The notes under the pieces were generated by a model. It worked only from the letters and a program-made list of their open reading frames with translations, was not told the DNA's origin and searched no databases. From Vitrella brassicaformis CCMP3155 (Eukaryota; Protista; Chromerida): a stretch of 64,000 nucleotides of DNA. The position numbers and the translations under genes were made by a program. Of this stretch, positions 36,801 to 50,006 are shown one piece after another (position 1 is the stretch's first letter; every line of letters starts with the position of its first letter). The stretch covers positions 1 through 64,000 of the forward strand of contig CDMY01000443.1 in assembly GCA_001179505.1 (NCBI GenBank), given 5' to 3'.

Positions 36801-38524
36801 ACCTTCTGATCCGTAGCAGTGCCAAGCCGCCTCAACAGGCGGTTGCCTCCGGCCTCCTCGCTTTGTCTTCTCTCCCCCACACCAATCTTCGGCGATCCGC
36901 CCATCAGCTTGGCTTTGCTGCCAACGCTCAGACGCTGCTGAGAGTCCATGTCTGGTGTCATCGCAATCGGCGCCTCCCCCTTGGCCATGGCCTGCACGTG
37001 GTCCGGTGGCAGCTTGTCAGATAGGAGGAGGTTGGACAGCCGCCGCATGGTCTGCTGCCCCGCGAGTGCTGCTGCCGTCTTGGCCCTCTTGTTCCTCCGG
37101 CCAGCGAGGTGTGGTGGCGGCGGGGTGGTTGGCGGGACAAGTGACAGGGCCAGGGGGGGATGTGGCTCGCTCTGGATGGCCTGCTTGAGGACGCTGTGAC
37201 GGGCGAGTTGGAGCTGGGAAACAATGCCCAGGGGAGAGAGGGAGAGTTAGTGGACAGAGAGGGGAGAGAGATGAGCTAGCAAATGTCATGTTTTACTGCT
37301 TTTTCTTCTTCGAGTCTGTCTTTGAGGGCTCTGATTTCGATCGCTGTGTTGATGTCTCCCTGCCTGCAGTAGATCGACAGCAACGAAAAAGAACAGACAC
37401 ACAACACATGCAGACATGGCTGGTCCGCAGTCGGTGCCAGTGTGCTCCACCCTTCCAGATCGCCGATCTGCCTGAGAGCGAAAGCATGAAGGCGTTCGTC
37501 GCATCGGAGGCGAGTGACCATGGTCTCCAGTAGAGTGAGAGCCTCAGCCATGCACCGAATGTCACCACGCTGCAGATTCCCACACACAGAGACGGACAAT
37601 CAGCTCAGTGCCATTGTGTCTCCTTTCTGTCTCTTTCTCTCTCACCTCCAAGAAGACTACCGTCCTTTCGATGATCCTTTCCTGCCAATATCCATCCATG
37701 AAGACCTCTCCCCTCCCCCTTTCGCCGCTCTCCTCCACCAGCACGGTGACGCTCTGCATGGCCATCCGCACCCTGGCTGATGAGAACGCGCCGCTCGTGG
37801 GTGCCTTTCTGTTGGTCCGCGGTGGCTCCATCAGACGCAGCACGGTCTCCAGGACACGCGGCTGGTGGACGGGGTTGTTGCGAAACAGCGTGCAGAGTAG
37901 CTTGCCGATCATTACGATCGGCTCCCACCTGAGCACGTCCCTGCCGCACTCAAGCACCTTCGGCAGCACGTCACACCCCCCATGGCCGCCGCACAGCCGC
38001 TCCTTGGCCCCTTTTCCCCCACAGGCCACCCGATGCAGCACCCACAGAGCGAAGAACCGGTCCTCATCGCTGGCGTCATAGTCCAACCCTAGCATCTGTG
38101 CCAGCAACACAACTGCACCCGTCGTGAACAAGGCCTCGTGAATGACGCTTTGGCCCCCGCCTCCCCGCAGCAACGTCATCAGGGCCCTCAACTGCACCCC
38201 AAGCGCGAATCCCCGGACGAGTGACAGCTGCAGCCAGGACACGAGCTTCAGAGCAAAGGGCAGCAGCGAGGGGCCGAATGCACGGCCGTCATCGAGGGCG
38301 AGATACGGCGGCAGGTAGCAGATGACATAGTCGCAGAAGGTGAGCAGAAGCTCCACGCGCCTCTCCCAGGAAGCATCGGCGAATTCCTTTTGTGTTTTGG
38401 CGAGCCAGTTGGTGTGGGAAGGGGGGAGGTGAGGGTGCTTCGATTCGCAGGGAGGGGCGGTGTCGTTGTACAGCGGCAGGGCCAGTTGTGTGGACGAGGG
38501 GGTGAAGAGGCGGACGCTCCCCAT
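33894..38524 (-). CDS. ARMH1-like armadillo-helical protein with long low-complexity C-terminus
   Basis: FTTGAVVLLAQMLGL...DEDRFFALWVLHRVACGGKGAKERLC...LLCTLFRNNPVHQPRVLETVLRLM resembles ARMH1 (GGV..LLEILGL...IA..G...KELIC...GNP.YQ..V...L). Downstream exons splice through to ...GWMTTR* at 33894. An alternative start is at 38550. Confidence 0.6.
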
Positions 38525-38723
38525 AGTCTTTTGTCTTCTCTTTCCCTGCATTTCGTTGACGTTCACGCAGAACACTCGGCAGCACGGTGACCGGCCTTCT
38601 TTGCACTGGGGAAACAATCTCGGCTTGCGCGCTTAGCAAGCAGATCTGAGCTTGCGCTTTCGAAAAGGGCGTTTGATTCATCCATTTCCACAGATCCCGA
38701 GCGCGGCATCAGCACTCTATCCG

Positions 38724-40950
<2,227 letters not shown>

Positions 40951-41307
40951 GTTTTGACGATTGGATGGATGAATGGAAGCTATGAGGGCCTGGCGCTACA
41001 GTAGGATAGGATGTGGGTCATTTTGGTGTGTAGAAGTGAGGTGGGTGGGTGCATGTGTGGACGTGTGCATGCATTTGCTTGTACCATGGAAGGATGGTAT
41101 CGCAGCGGACCAGCGATCAAAACAACCATTTAACACAAAGTGTCTTTCGATCCACTGCATCCCATCAGTCGGTCAGAAGTTCTCCACCCCCACTCTCCCC
41201 CATGTCAACTGAAGAAAACACCATCTCCGCCTCTGCACACACACGGGAGACACGCACCCACACTCACGCACACTAGAGCTACAGCCCCTCCCAACCCCGC
41301 CCCTCGT

Positions 41308-42569
41308 CTACCCCCACCGCCTGACCATCCGTGTGTTGGCCACGGGCGAGTAAAAGTAGTACCCCCTGCCACCCCCCTGGTGCATCTGGCGCGGGCGGTG
41401 CGTGTAGGACACCGTCTCCCTCACGGCTACCATCCCCACCCCCTCCCCGTCCTCCTCGGTCGGCACCGCAAACTGGGGGGCATACGACGACGCAGCAAAC
41501 GTCAGCGGCACCGAAACGTGCTGGGGGGCCGTCTCGGTGATGAAGGTGCTGCCCTTGGCCATGCGGTGCTGGTTGATGTCCGCCTTGTCCCTGTTCTCTT
41601 CCTCCTGGTATGACGGGATGGATGAGGTCACCGAGCAGGCGTGGAGCGCCGGCAGGGCAGGCAGGGGCGGGCCCTCCTGCTGCTGCTGGTCCTCGGCGGC
41701 AGGCTGCTGCTGGAACTCCTCGCCGCCCTCCGGCTCCTTGTTGGGCTCCTCATCCACTACTGTGGCTCTCGTGGGCTGGCCGTACTGCACCGGCATCAGA
41801 CTGGCGAAGGGAGCGGCCTGCGAATGGGGGCGGGGCTGCTGCATCACGTTGACTACTACGACATTGCTGCTGCTGCTATGGTTGTGGTCTTGGCTATGGC
41901 CGCTGCTGCCCGTGGATGTGGTGGCCGACGCCCGGCCCTTCTTGGTCGCACTGCTGGCTTGCCGAATGCTCAGGGCCGCGTTGAGGGGAGAGGATCCCTG
42001 GCAACCCTTTGCTGTTGCTGTCGCGTGTTCGCCGAAGAGGTGGACGGCGGCGGGGTGTGAGAGTGCGCCGTGGATGAGGATTGAGATGAACCACACAAAC
42101 GTGCAGATGAGCTGCCCCACACCCACCAGCACCTCCCGGCCGTCCTTCATCCGCGGATCCTTCGAGAAGAAATTGCTCGAGGCTGCCGCGGCCAGCAGGA
42201 CCCACACAAGGCAGTCGACGGCCGACGCCACGAGGAATGACCGGGTATATGGCTGGATGTAGGGCATGGAGCCGGCGAGGGCTGCGATGAGGCCGAGGAC
42301 GCCGATGGCGTAGTTTCTGCCGCAGAAGCCGTACACGCAGAAGACTGCATACACGCCCACACACATAGAGGGATAGAGGGGGGAAAGGGAGATCATTCCA
42401 TCCATCCATCCCTCCATCCATCCATTGACGTCGGTGCATCCGTACCTATGTGGGCGCCCATGAGAAAACCGTGCAGCTGCCATGAGAGGGCGAACTCCTT
42501 TCTGCGCGCAGCAGGAGGCTTGACGCCCTCTGTGGTCGCGTGTGCCAAACGCGCCACTTTTGCTCCCAT
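41308..42569 (-). CDS. Hypothetical ~4-TM membrane protein with disordered C-terminal tail
   Basis: Exon 1 MGAKVARL...LSWQLHGFLMGAHI splices (G|gtacgg...atgcag|TC) to VFCVYGFCGRNYAIGVLGLIAALAG...FLVASAVDCLVWVLLAAA...VGQLICTFVWFISILIHG, followed by a Q/E/P-rich tail. Confidence 0.65.
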
Positions 42570-43353
42570 GATCTCCCTTTGGCAAGGAACTGCACAAGTA
42601 AATTTCGCGATACATCTTTGCTCCCATCTCCTTCATCACCTTGCTTTTATACACGTGAGTTTGAGTCTACGCGGGCGTGCGTGCAAGTGTGGTGCGCACA
42701 ACCGAACGAAAAAGGTGGAAAAGGGAATGAATGCAAACAGGAATGGGGAGGGGCGGGGCGGGGCGGCTGGCGCACCGACATAATTACAGACAGACAGACA
42801 TGGACAAACGGACAGACGGCCAGCGGACAGACAGACAGACACACTGAAGAGACACGTGTAGACAGACAGCCACTACAGACACTTACGGACACCCAGCTAG
42901 TAGTTGAAGACCCATGTCATAACGGACCCTCTATACACAAATGAGCCCACCAGAAGCCAACCCAACCAATGGTCTTCACTCACTAAAGCCGCTCTGTGCC
43001 GTGTCGGGCACGCCTGCAGCCACGATGGCCATCTCCCCACTCATTCATTCAAAACACCTTCGGCCCGCCAGCCAAGCCAAGCCAAGCCAGCCATGGCGGC
43101 CGTCACGTACACACGCACGGATGCATGCATTGACGCTATGCCGTGCTGGCCTATACAGGAGCTACACACAGGCACCAAGTCATGCATCGCGCGAGCACGT
43201 CACAGCCGCCACAATGGATGGCACCAACCAACCGTGTCAACGTCTCCCTCCCCCTACCCCCTGGCCTACAGTATAAACACTCACCCGATCATCACTGTGG
43301 AGCCAAAACGGCCCTGCTACATCTATCCTCTGTTGCCGTATGCATGCACCCGG

Positions 43354-45456
43354 CTAGAGCCTGGTTGAGTAGATGATGGTGCCGACCAGCAGGCAGGTGA
43401 GGACGAACACCGACACCACGACCGCCACCACCACCTCGAAAGCCATGGCGTCCGTCTCGAGCTCGTTCGTCAAATTCATACCAAACGCACCCTGCACCAC
43501 ACACAAGCCACCACATTTCTTTCCGCTCTCTCTCTCTCTCTCTCTCTCCCTCCCCCTCTGTCTGAATGCGTGTGTGTCTCGCTCGTTCGTTTACCGTGAT
43601 GACGGCCCCCATGGCGAGTCCGCCCGAGATGACTGTGGCGCTGGTGTCGACGAGCATGAGCCTGTTGCGGACAATGTCCAATCGGATGGTGATGAGGTAC
43701 TCGATGTTGACGAGCTTCTCCTTCATCATCCGCGTCCGCTCTACCAACTCGTCGACCTCCTGGTCGAAATACTCGAGCAAGATGTCCAGGTCGCTGTTGG
43801 GAATCAGCCCCAGGCCGCTGACGGTGTGTTGCGCCGTGGACGACACGGCGGGGGGAGCGTAGGGGGGATACCCCGTCATGAAGGAGGACGCTCGCGCGGC
43901 CGCCACCCGATGCTGCTGCTGGGGCTGGCTGTCGACCGAGCCCGATCGCCTGTGTCGCTGCCTCAGGAGTGAGCGTCCGGTGCGCATGGGGGGCGAGGGG
44001 GTGGGCGACCTGCTGTTGGGGTCCTCCTGGGTGTCGCTGTGCACCCGCAGGTGGTTGCTGGATGAGGCCATCGATGCGGGTGTGTCTTCCCTGACGTTGT
44101 TCATGGGGTTGAGTAGAGTGAGGGAGCCCCAGTTCTGGTGGTCGAGGTGGTCGTAGTACTCGGGGTGCTCGTACAGCCGCGACAGCTCCATCTTGAGCAG
44201 GTCAGTCGGCTCCTCCATCAACTCGGCTATCGAACGGTGAAAACCCTGGATACACGCACAACACACAGCGAGGTACATATTGGGGTGGGGTGGGGTGACG
44301 GGCGTCTGTCTTATGTGTCCCTGCTTGCCTGTATCTTTGATTCGAGTACAGCGGTGGGCGCCTTAAGCCTGTGGAGGGCTTCGAGGTCGCGTGTGGTGGG
44401 GTTCTGCCGCTCAAGCTTGAGCGACAGCGCCTCAATGGCCTCCTCGACAGGCGTCAACTCCTCACCTGCGCACCGCACACACACATTCATGCACCAATCG
44501 TCTCTCCCTGTCCTGTGTGCACGTCGCTGACGTACCCACGGCCTCGATAGCAGTGGCGAGGACCACCTCGAGCGCCGAGAACTCGAACGGCACCCTCCTG
44601 GTCTTGCGGCCCTCGGACAGCTGTGTGAGCCGCTGGATGAGCCCCTCGCTCTGTGTGAGTTCCTCTGCCATGAGGAGCAGCACGGCGTCGTGCAGGATGA
44701 TGGCGGTGACGGGGGGAAAGCAGATGAGGATGCAGTGCCGACGCACCTCCACGGACGGCAGCTGCTTCAGCTCAGCGAACACCTGACATGGCACACACAC
44801 ACAGAGCAGGTCAGGGTTGCTGGAGGCAATTCTTGTGCCTGTATGTATGTATGTATGTATGTGTGTCAGTCACCTGTCTGACGTCGCGGTATGTGAGGCA
44901 TCCGGAGAGCTCCTCGACCAGGCCGGCCTTGTTGTGTGAGAGGACGTGCCTGACCACCTCGGCGGCCTGCCACTCGCGGATCCTGTGGCGGCCCGCTGTG
45001 ATCTCGATGACCACGTGCTTGCGCACCTTGCGGCTCCTCTTGCCCATCACCATGTAGTGCGGCAGGTAGCTGCCACACAGACACACACACAGACACATGT
45101 AGAATGGTACGCACCTTTGTGTCCTCTGCACACTGCCGTTGGTTCACATGCAGTGCACCTGACCTGATGTTGTTCTGCGAAAAGGCCTTGGACGGCGATA
45201 AGGCCTTGTCGCTTATTTCGCTCGGCGAAGAGGCCCGGCTCCTCCCTGCTATCCCCATGAGGCCGTTTGTCATCTTCCGCTCGGACCTCTTGGCCGCCGC
45301 GCCCTCCCTCTCGCCGCTGCCGCCATTGAGCTCTGGCGGATCTCTGTCTGCGGTGCCGGACTGCTGCTGCTGCTGGTGAGATGTGCTGACTGTCACCTCC
45401 TCTGGAAGCAGGCCATCTTCAGGCAGATGGCTCTGCTTGTCGTTCTGGTGGGACAT
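43354..45456 (-). CDS. MRS2: MRS2/CorA-family Mg2+ transporter
   Basis: VPFEFSALEVVLAT, DLDILLEYFDQEV, LDIVRNRLMLVD, and the signature GAFGMN followed by a second TM helix. Stop TAG at 43354. Confidence 0.9.
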
Positions 45457-45675
45457 GCTGATACATATGCCGCTGCAAAAACGCTGAGCAGCGCCCTGGT
45501 TTTGAACCCTTCTGGCTTAGCTCGCAGACCAAGCTCGCATTTCGAGCCGACAGGAAACCGCTCTCTCTCTGAGCCGACAGGAAAAGATCGGTTATTTCCC
45601 GACGTTCGCACGAGCATTCGGCGTCCTCAAGTGCTGTGAGGGCGTATCTATCCGAATCTATCTGGCTGACGTAAG
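45457..45675. promoter_or_regulatory. Probable bidirectional promoter between MRS2 and the CDV3-like gene
   Basis: About 220 bp between divergent ATGs; contains the exact 14-bp direct repeat gagccgacaggaaa at 45544-45557 and 45571-45584. Confidence 0.45.
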
Positions 45676-46560
45676 ATGGGGAAGCTCGAAGATCTCTTCA
45701 AGAAGAAGAAGAAAGGCACCAAGATCACCAACCTCAACCAGGCTGACCCCAACCTCCTCGAAGCCAAGGGCGAGATCGCACCAGCGGACGCCACAACAAC
45801 GGGCGAAGAGGGCGCACCTGCCCCCGCACCCGCCGCCAAGGACGACAAGCCTGTCAAGAAGGAGGAGGAGGCGGCCAAGGACGAGTGGGACGATGACGAG
45901 ACAGCCCCGGTGGCCAACGAGGAGCTGGCGGCCAAGATGAGCGACGCTCACATCAAGGACATCAAGCTCTCGGACGCACCGGAGATCTCGATATGGGAGC
46001 TGCAGGCGCAGCAGAAGGCCGAGGAGGAGGCCAAGGCCGCCGCGGCCAAGCAGGAGGAGGAAGACAAGAAAAAGGCCGAGGAGGAGCAGGAGAAACACAA
46101 GACAGATCAGCAGGAGGAGGAGCCTGCCGCCGCGAGCGAGCCTCCTCCACCCCCAGCACCGGCCAAGTACACGGCACCGGGTATGCGTCGGATTCAGCGT
46201 GAGAAGGAGAAGGGCCCGCCCAAGCCAGAGGAGTGGGGGCCATCACTGTCCACCCTCTTGGAGCAGCAGAGGGAGGAGTCAGCGGCTCGGGCGGAGAAGG
46301 AGCCGACCGCCAGCAAGCCCAAGAAGCCCACCGAGCCCAAGGAGAAGAAGGTTCGCGAGCGGATCAAGCTTGACCTGGGTGAGGACTCGCCCAAGGGCCC
46401 GACGATCAAGGTGCTGGGTGTGGGAGGGGGGGATGCCGGGCAGGATCAGGGTGGGGTGCGGCGGATCATGATGGACGACCAGGCCAGCAGGGACAAGTTC
46501 AAGGGCAGGTGCAAGAGACCCAAGAAGGAGCTGCCTGAGGCTGAAATGAGGGACGACTGA
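45676..46560 (+). CDS. Intronless charged low-complexity protein, CDV3-like
   Basis: 294-aa single ORF. N-terminal LEDLFKKKKK, DEWDD, KYTAPGMRR and EEWGPSL recall CDV3-family motifs (FF.K+.KK, EW, Y.PPG.R, FPSL). Confidence 0.55.
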   Translation: MGKLEDLFKKKKKGTKITNLNQADPNLLEAKGEIAPADATTTGEEGAPAPAPAAKDDKPVKKEEEAAKDEWDDDETAPVANEELAAKMSDAHIKDIKLSDAPEISIWELQAQQKAEEEAKAAAAKQEEEDKKKAEEEQEKHKTDQQEEEPAAASEPPPPPAPAKYTAPGMRRIQREKEKGPPKPEEWGPSLSTLLEQQREESAARAEKEPTASKPKKPTEPKEKKVRERIKLDLGEDSPKGPTIKVLGVGGGDAGQDQGGVRRIMMDDQASRDKFKGRCKRPKKELPEAEMRDD

Positions 46561-47015
46561 TTGATCGTGGGTGTGGGATGCGTGGATGAGTGATCTGCAG
46601 GGGCTGTATAGAGATGAATGCTGGAGGGGAGAGGGATGGGGGGTCGTGACTCGTTGGTTGAGGGCGCGTGAGCGGATCACGTCTGCGTGTGTTCTTCTTG
46701 TTTTGCCGATCTGCCTCATTTTATCACTTTTGAGTGAGCATCCCAAATTGACCGCTGCATGTCCCTGTGAGTGCCGCTCTTCATTCACTGTCAAGGGACT
46801 CTGACAGTGTGCGTCCGTGTTTGTGTGCGTGGACCTCATCAACCAGGTCAGGTTTTCAATACACATATATTCTTTATTTCTTCCGCAAGAACACGAAGTC
46901 GCGTCCATGAATCGTTCCTGACAGTCTGCGGAAGCATGCACATCAGATCGAGCTGTACAGTCAGTCACTTAGCCACAACAGACAGCCTCCCGCACTCTCA
47001 CAACCATCGCTGTTA

Positions 47016-49711
47016 TCACTTGAGTACGTGTAGTTTGCCGTCGATGCCCCATGTGGCCACCAGGTTGTGCAGGGGGTGCGCTATCAAACCGATGACGTCC
47101 TTCTCGTGGACCTACAACACACACAGAGACACACAAGCACGTGGCCTGTTCCTCATCCATTCATTTAGCGAGTAGTAAGTCACCTTGGCGAGGTGTTCGA
47201 GCTTCCCAGTTGAGTTGGAGAAGCAGTAGAGGGTGTTGTCCTCGCCACAGCAGTACAGCCACTCGCCCTTACGAGACGCTGCATACACACACACAGGGGC
47301 AACCGACAAACACAGACGTCCCCTCTTGATGGGTCTGGCAGGCTGTGTGTGATCAGTGACCGACTGACCTGCTGCACAGACGAAGTCGCCGCCCTCCTTC
47401 TTGCCTGAAATCCAATGGGGAGAGCAATAAATGTGTGTACGAGTGTGTGCGCACACGCCACGGCACCTACCTGATGAGAGTGTCTTGAGTACTTGTCCCG
47501 TGAGGTTCATCAGGTGCAGGGTGGGCGCCCTCGTGCACACGTATATCAGATCCTGCGACTGCACACACACAGACATCCGTGCGTGAATGGCAGTGCCGGT
47601 GTGCGTGTTAGGTCGTTTGTTACCTTTGGCGCGAGGAAGACGGCGTTGATTTGCGGCGAGGCGTTCTCTGTGTTGAGGTGGGACGGGGGAGGGGGGGCGA
47701 AAGTCTGCAGACAGTCGGTCGTCTTGGCATCCCACACCTATACACAACACACATGGCAAACGAGCGATTGGGTGCAAATTTCTGGCGCACAAACATGGAT
47801 GCATTCCCACCTTGACGCGTCCGTCGCTTGAGCCGGTGACGATCTTGGTGCCATCGCCGGTGAATATGGCGCAGTTGACGTATGACGTGTGGCCCCTGAA
47901 CTCCTTGAGCGTCTTGCCAGACTTAAGTCCGTGCAGACGGGCCGTGTTGTCGAACGACGCCGTCAGCAGCTGGCTGCTGTCCTTGCTGAACACTATACTC
48001 GTTATGCCTACACACACAAAAGGTGTTGTGTTGGTGTGAGGGTGTCTGTGGCTGAGCTGACACGCGCACCTCCTTGGTGTATTTTGGTGTATTTCTTGAG
48101 GCATTTGCCGGTGGATATCTTCCAGACCTTGAGGTTGCCGTCCTGGTCGCCCGACGCCAGCAGCTCGGCGTCACGCGTGAAGGCCAAGGACACCACCGCC
48201 GTGTCGTGAACCATGAAGGCGTCCTCAGCCTGGTAGGACAGGTCGGTCCGCAGCTTGCCAGTGAGGTAATCCCACACCTCCACAATGCCGTCAACAGAAC
48301 TGACACAACACAACACAGGAAAGCAGATATGGCCGCACTTGTATGAGTAGAGGTGGCTGGGGGAGGGGATCGTACCCAGTGACTAGGTGCTGTCCGTCTG
48401 GCGAGAAGGCGGCGCACTCGGGGTAAGAGCGGGTGGGGAACTGACGACACACACACACACAGAACATAACTTCAATGGTTGGCCTGTGGTCTGTGGTCTG
48501 TGTCTGGTTTGGTACAATGATGGTTTTGGCAATGTCGCTGGCGCATTCCTCTGCCTCCTCCTTGGCTGTGGCCGCCATACCTGAAGGAACAACGGAGGAG
48601 AAAGACCGAGGGAAATACAGACCAGACAGATCTTCCCTCCGACATGTCGTTCACTCACCCCTGAAGAGATCAAACTTCATGCCGGGCGGGAGCAGACCTG
48701 TGTGTAAACAGACATCACACACACACCTCGCTGCGTCGGTCCACGTGCTTCTTGTTAGCTCGTGGTAAAGTCAGCTACCTTGGTGGTTTTGCCACTTCAT
48801 GGCCTGGCCGATAATGGCGAGCAGCCTGGAGGGAGGGGCCGCCTGCAGATTCTGCACCATGTCTGCAAGGACACACACACATCGATGAGATGAAGGCCAT
48901 TCATGTATCGGTAATCAACTCGCACTCACCCTGGCCAAGTGCCGCTCGCCTCTTCTCCACTGTCATGCCCTCATACGCCTGCACGCACACACAACACACA
49001 CCCATCATGAGCACCACCCGCCAGGAGGCCAATCAACCACAATGTCACCTCTTTCGAGTCGACGTGTCCCTTGTTGCACAGGTGATCTAGCTTCTTGAAT
49101 CTGTCCGGGTGAGTCAGTTTGAGCGACTGCAGGGCGGCCGTCTCGCGCAGCAGCTGACGCGCCACCTCTGGCTCCTTCGCTTCAAGCATCTCGCACACTA
49201 TCTGCACACACGGTTACATCACACACACAGGAGGGGAGGGCGAATGGAGTACCCAATGCTGCCTTCTGCGTGTCGTTGTGTGTGCTGACGTGTTCGTATA
49301 GGTTTTGCAGGACTTCTTCCGGCAGGTTCATGCCCGCAGCGGTCTGCAGGACCTCCCCCCACTTGCCCTGGTTCACATCAGCCAGGAACTGATCCACACT
49401 CTCCACCGTGTTGTACGCAACACGGGACTCCTCCTGACCGACACAGACACACGAACACGTCATGAGTGCCGACAACACGCAGCTCGTGTGTGTGTCGTGT
49501 GTTTGGCGTGGCATACCTGCAGCGTCTGGAAGGTCCTGTGGAGTGAGTTCTCTTTGAGGAACTGCAAGATGAGGCGAATCACACTGCACCCAGCACACGC
49601 AGGCAACCACATGGGCATCACAGCCATCATCATCGCACACACTCGTGAACTTCTGCGGTCCCTCTGTGCCTCAGCTCACTCTGATGAGTCGATCTCCAAC
49701 CGTTCGCCCAT
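47016..49711 (-). CDS. SMU1: SMU1 WD40 spliceosomal protein
   Basis: MGERLEIDSSD|VIRLILQFLKENSLHRTFQTLQ|EESRVAYNTV (LisH/CTLH), APPSRLLAIIGQAMKWQ, WD repeats (VEVWDYLTGKLRTDLSYQAED, GHTSYVNCAIF, SSGKKEGGDF), ending HPLHNLVATWGIDGKLHVLK*. Confidence 0.95.
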
Positions 49712-50006
49712 CTCAGTATCCGCAGCAGCAGATCTCAATCACACAAGACGACCCGAATCAGTTCGTTTTCCCGCCGTGGGACAGCCTGGCGCTTTGCGAT
49801 GATATGAGCGCTGCTCGTTAAGCCTCTTCACCTCGGCACCTCACAAAGATCTGCGAGCTTGTAGCTCGCTCCCCTTCTCGCGATTTCATCGAAAAGAAGT
49901 GTTTTCGATGAGATCGTCGACGCCTGGCACTGCTAGGCCATCGCCCTCCCTGGCGGCAAACTATCATCATCACCTGCTTAACCCCGTCCACACCCCACAT
50001 CCAACA

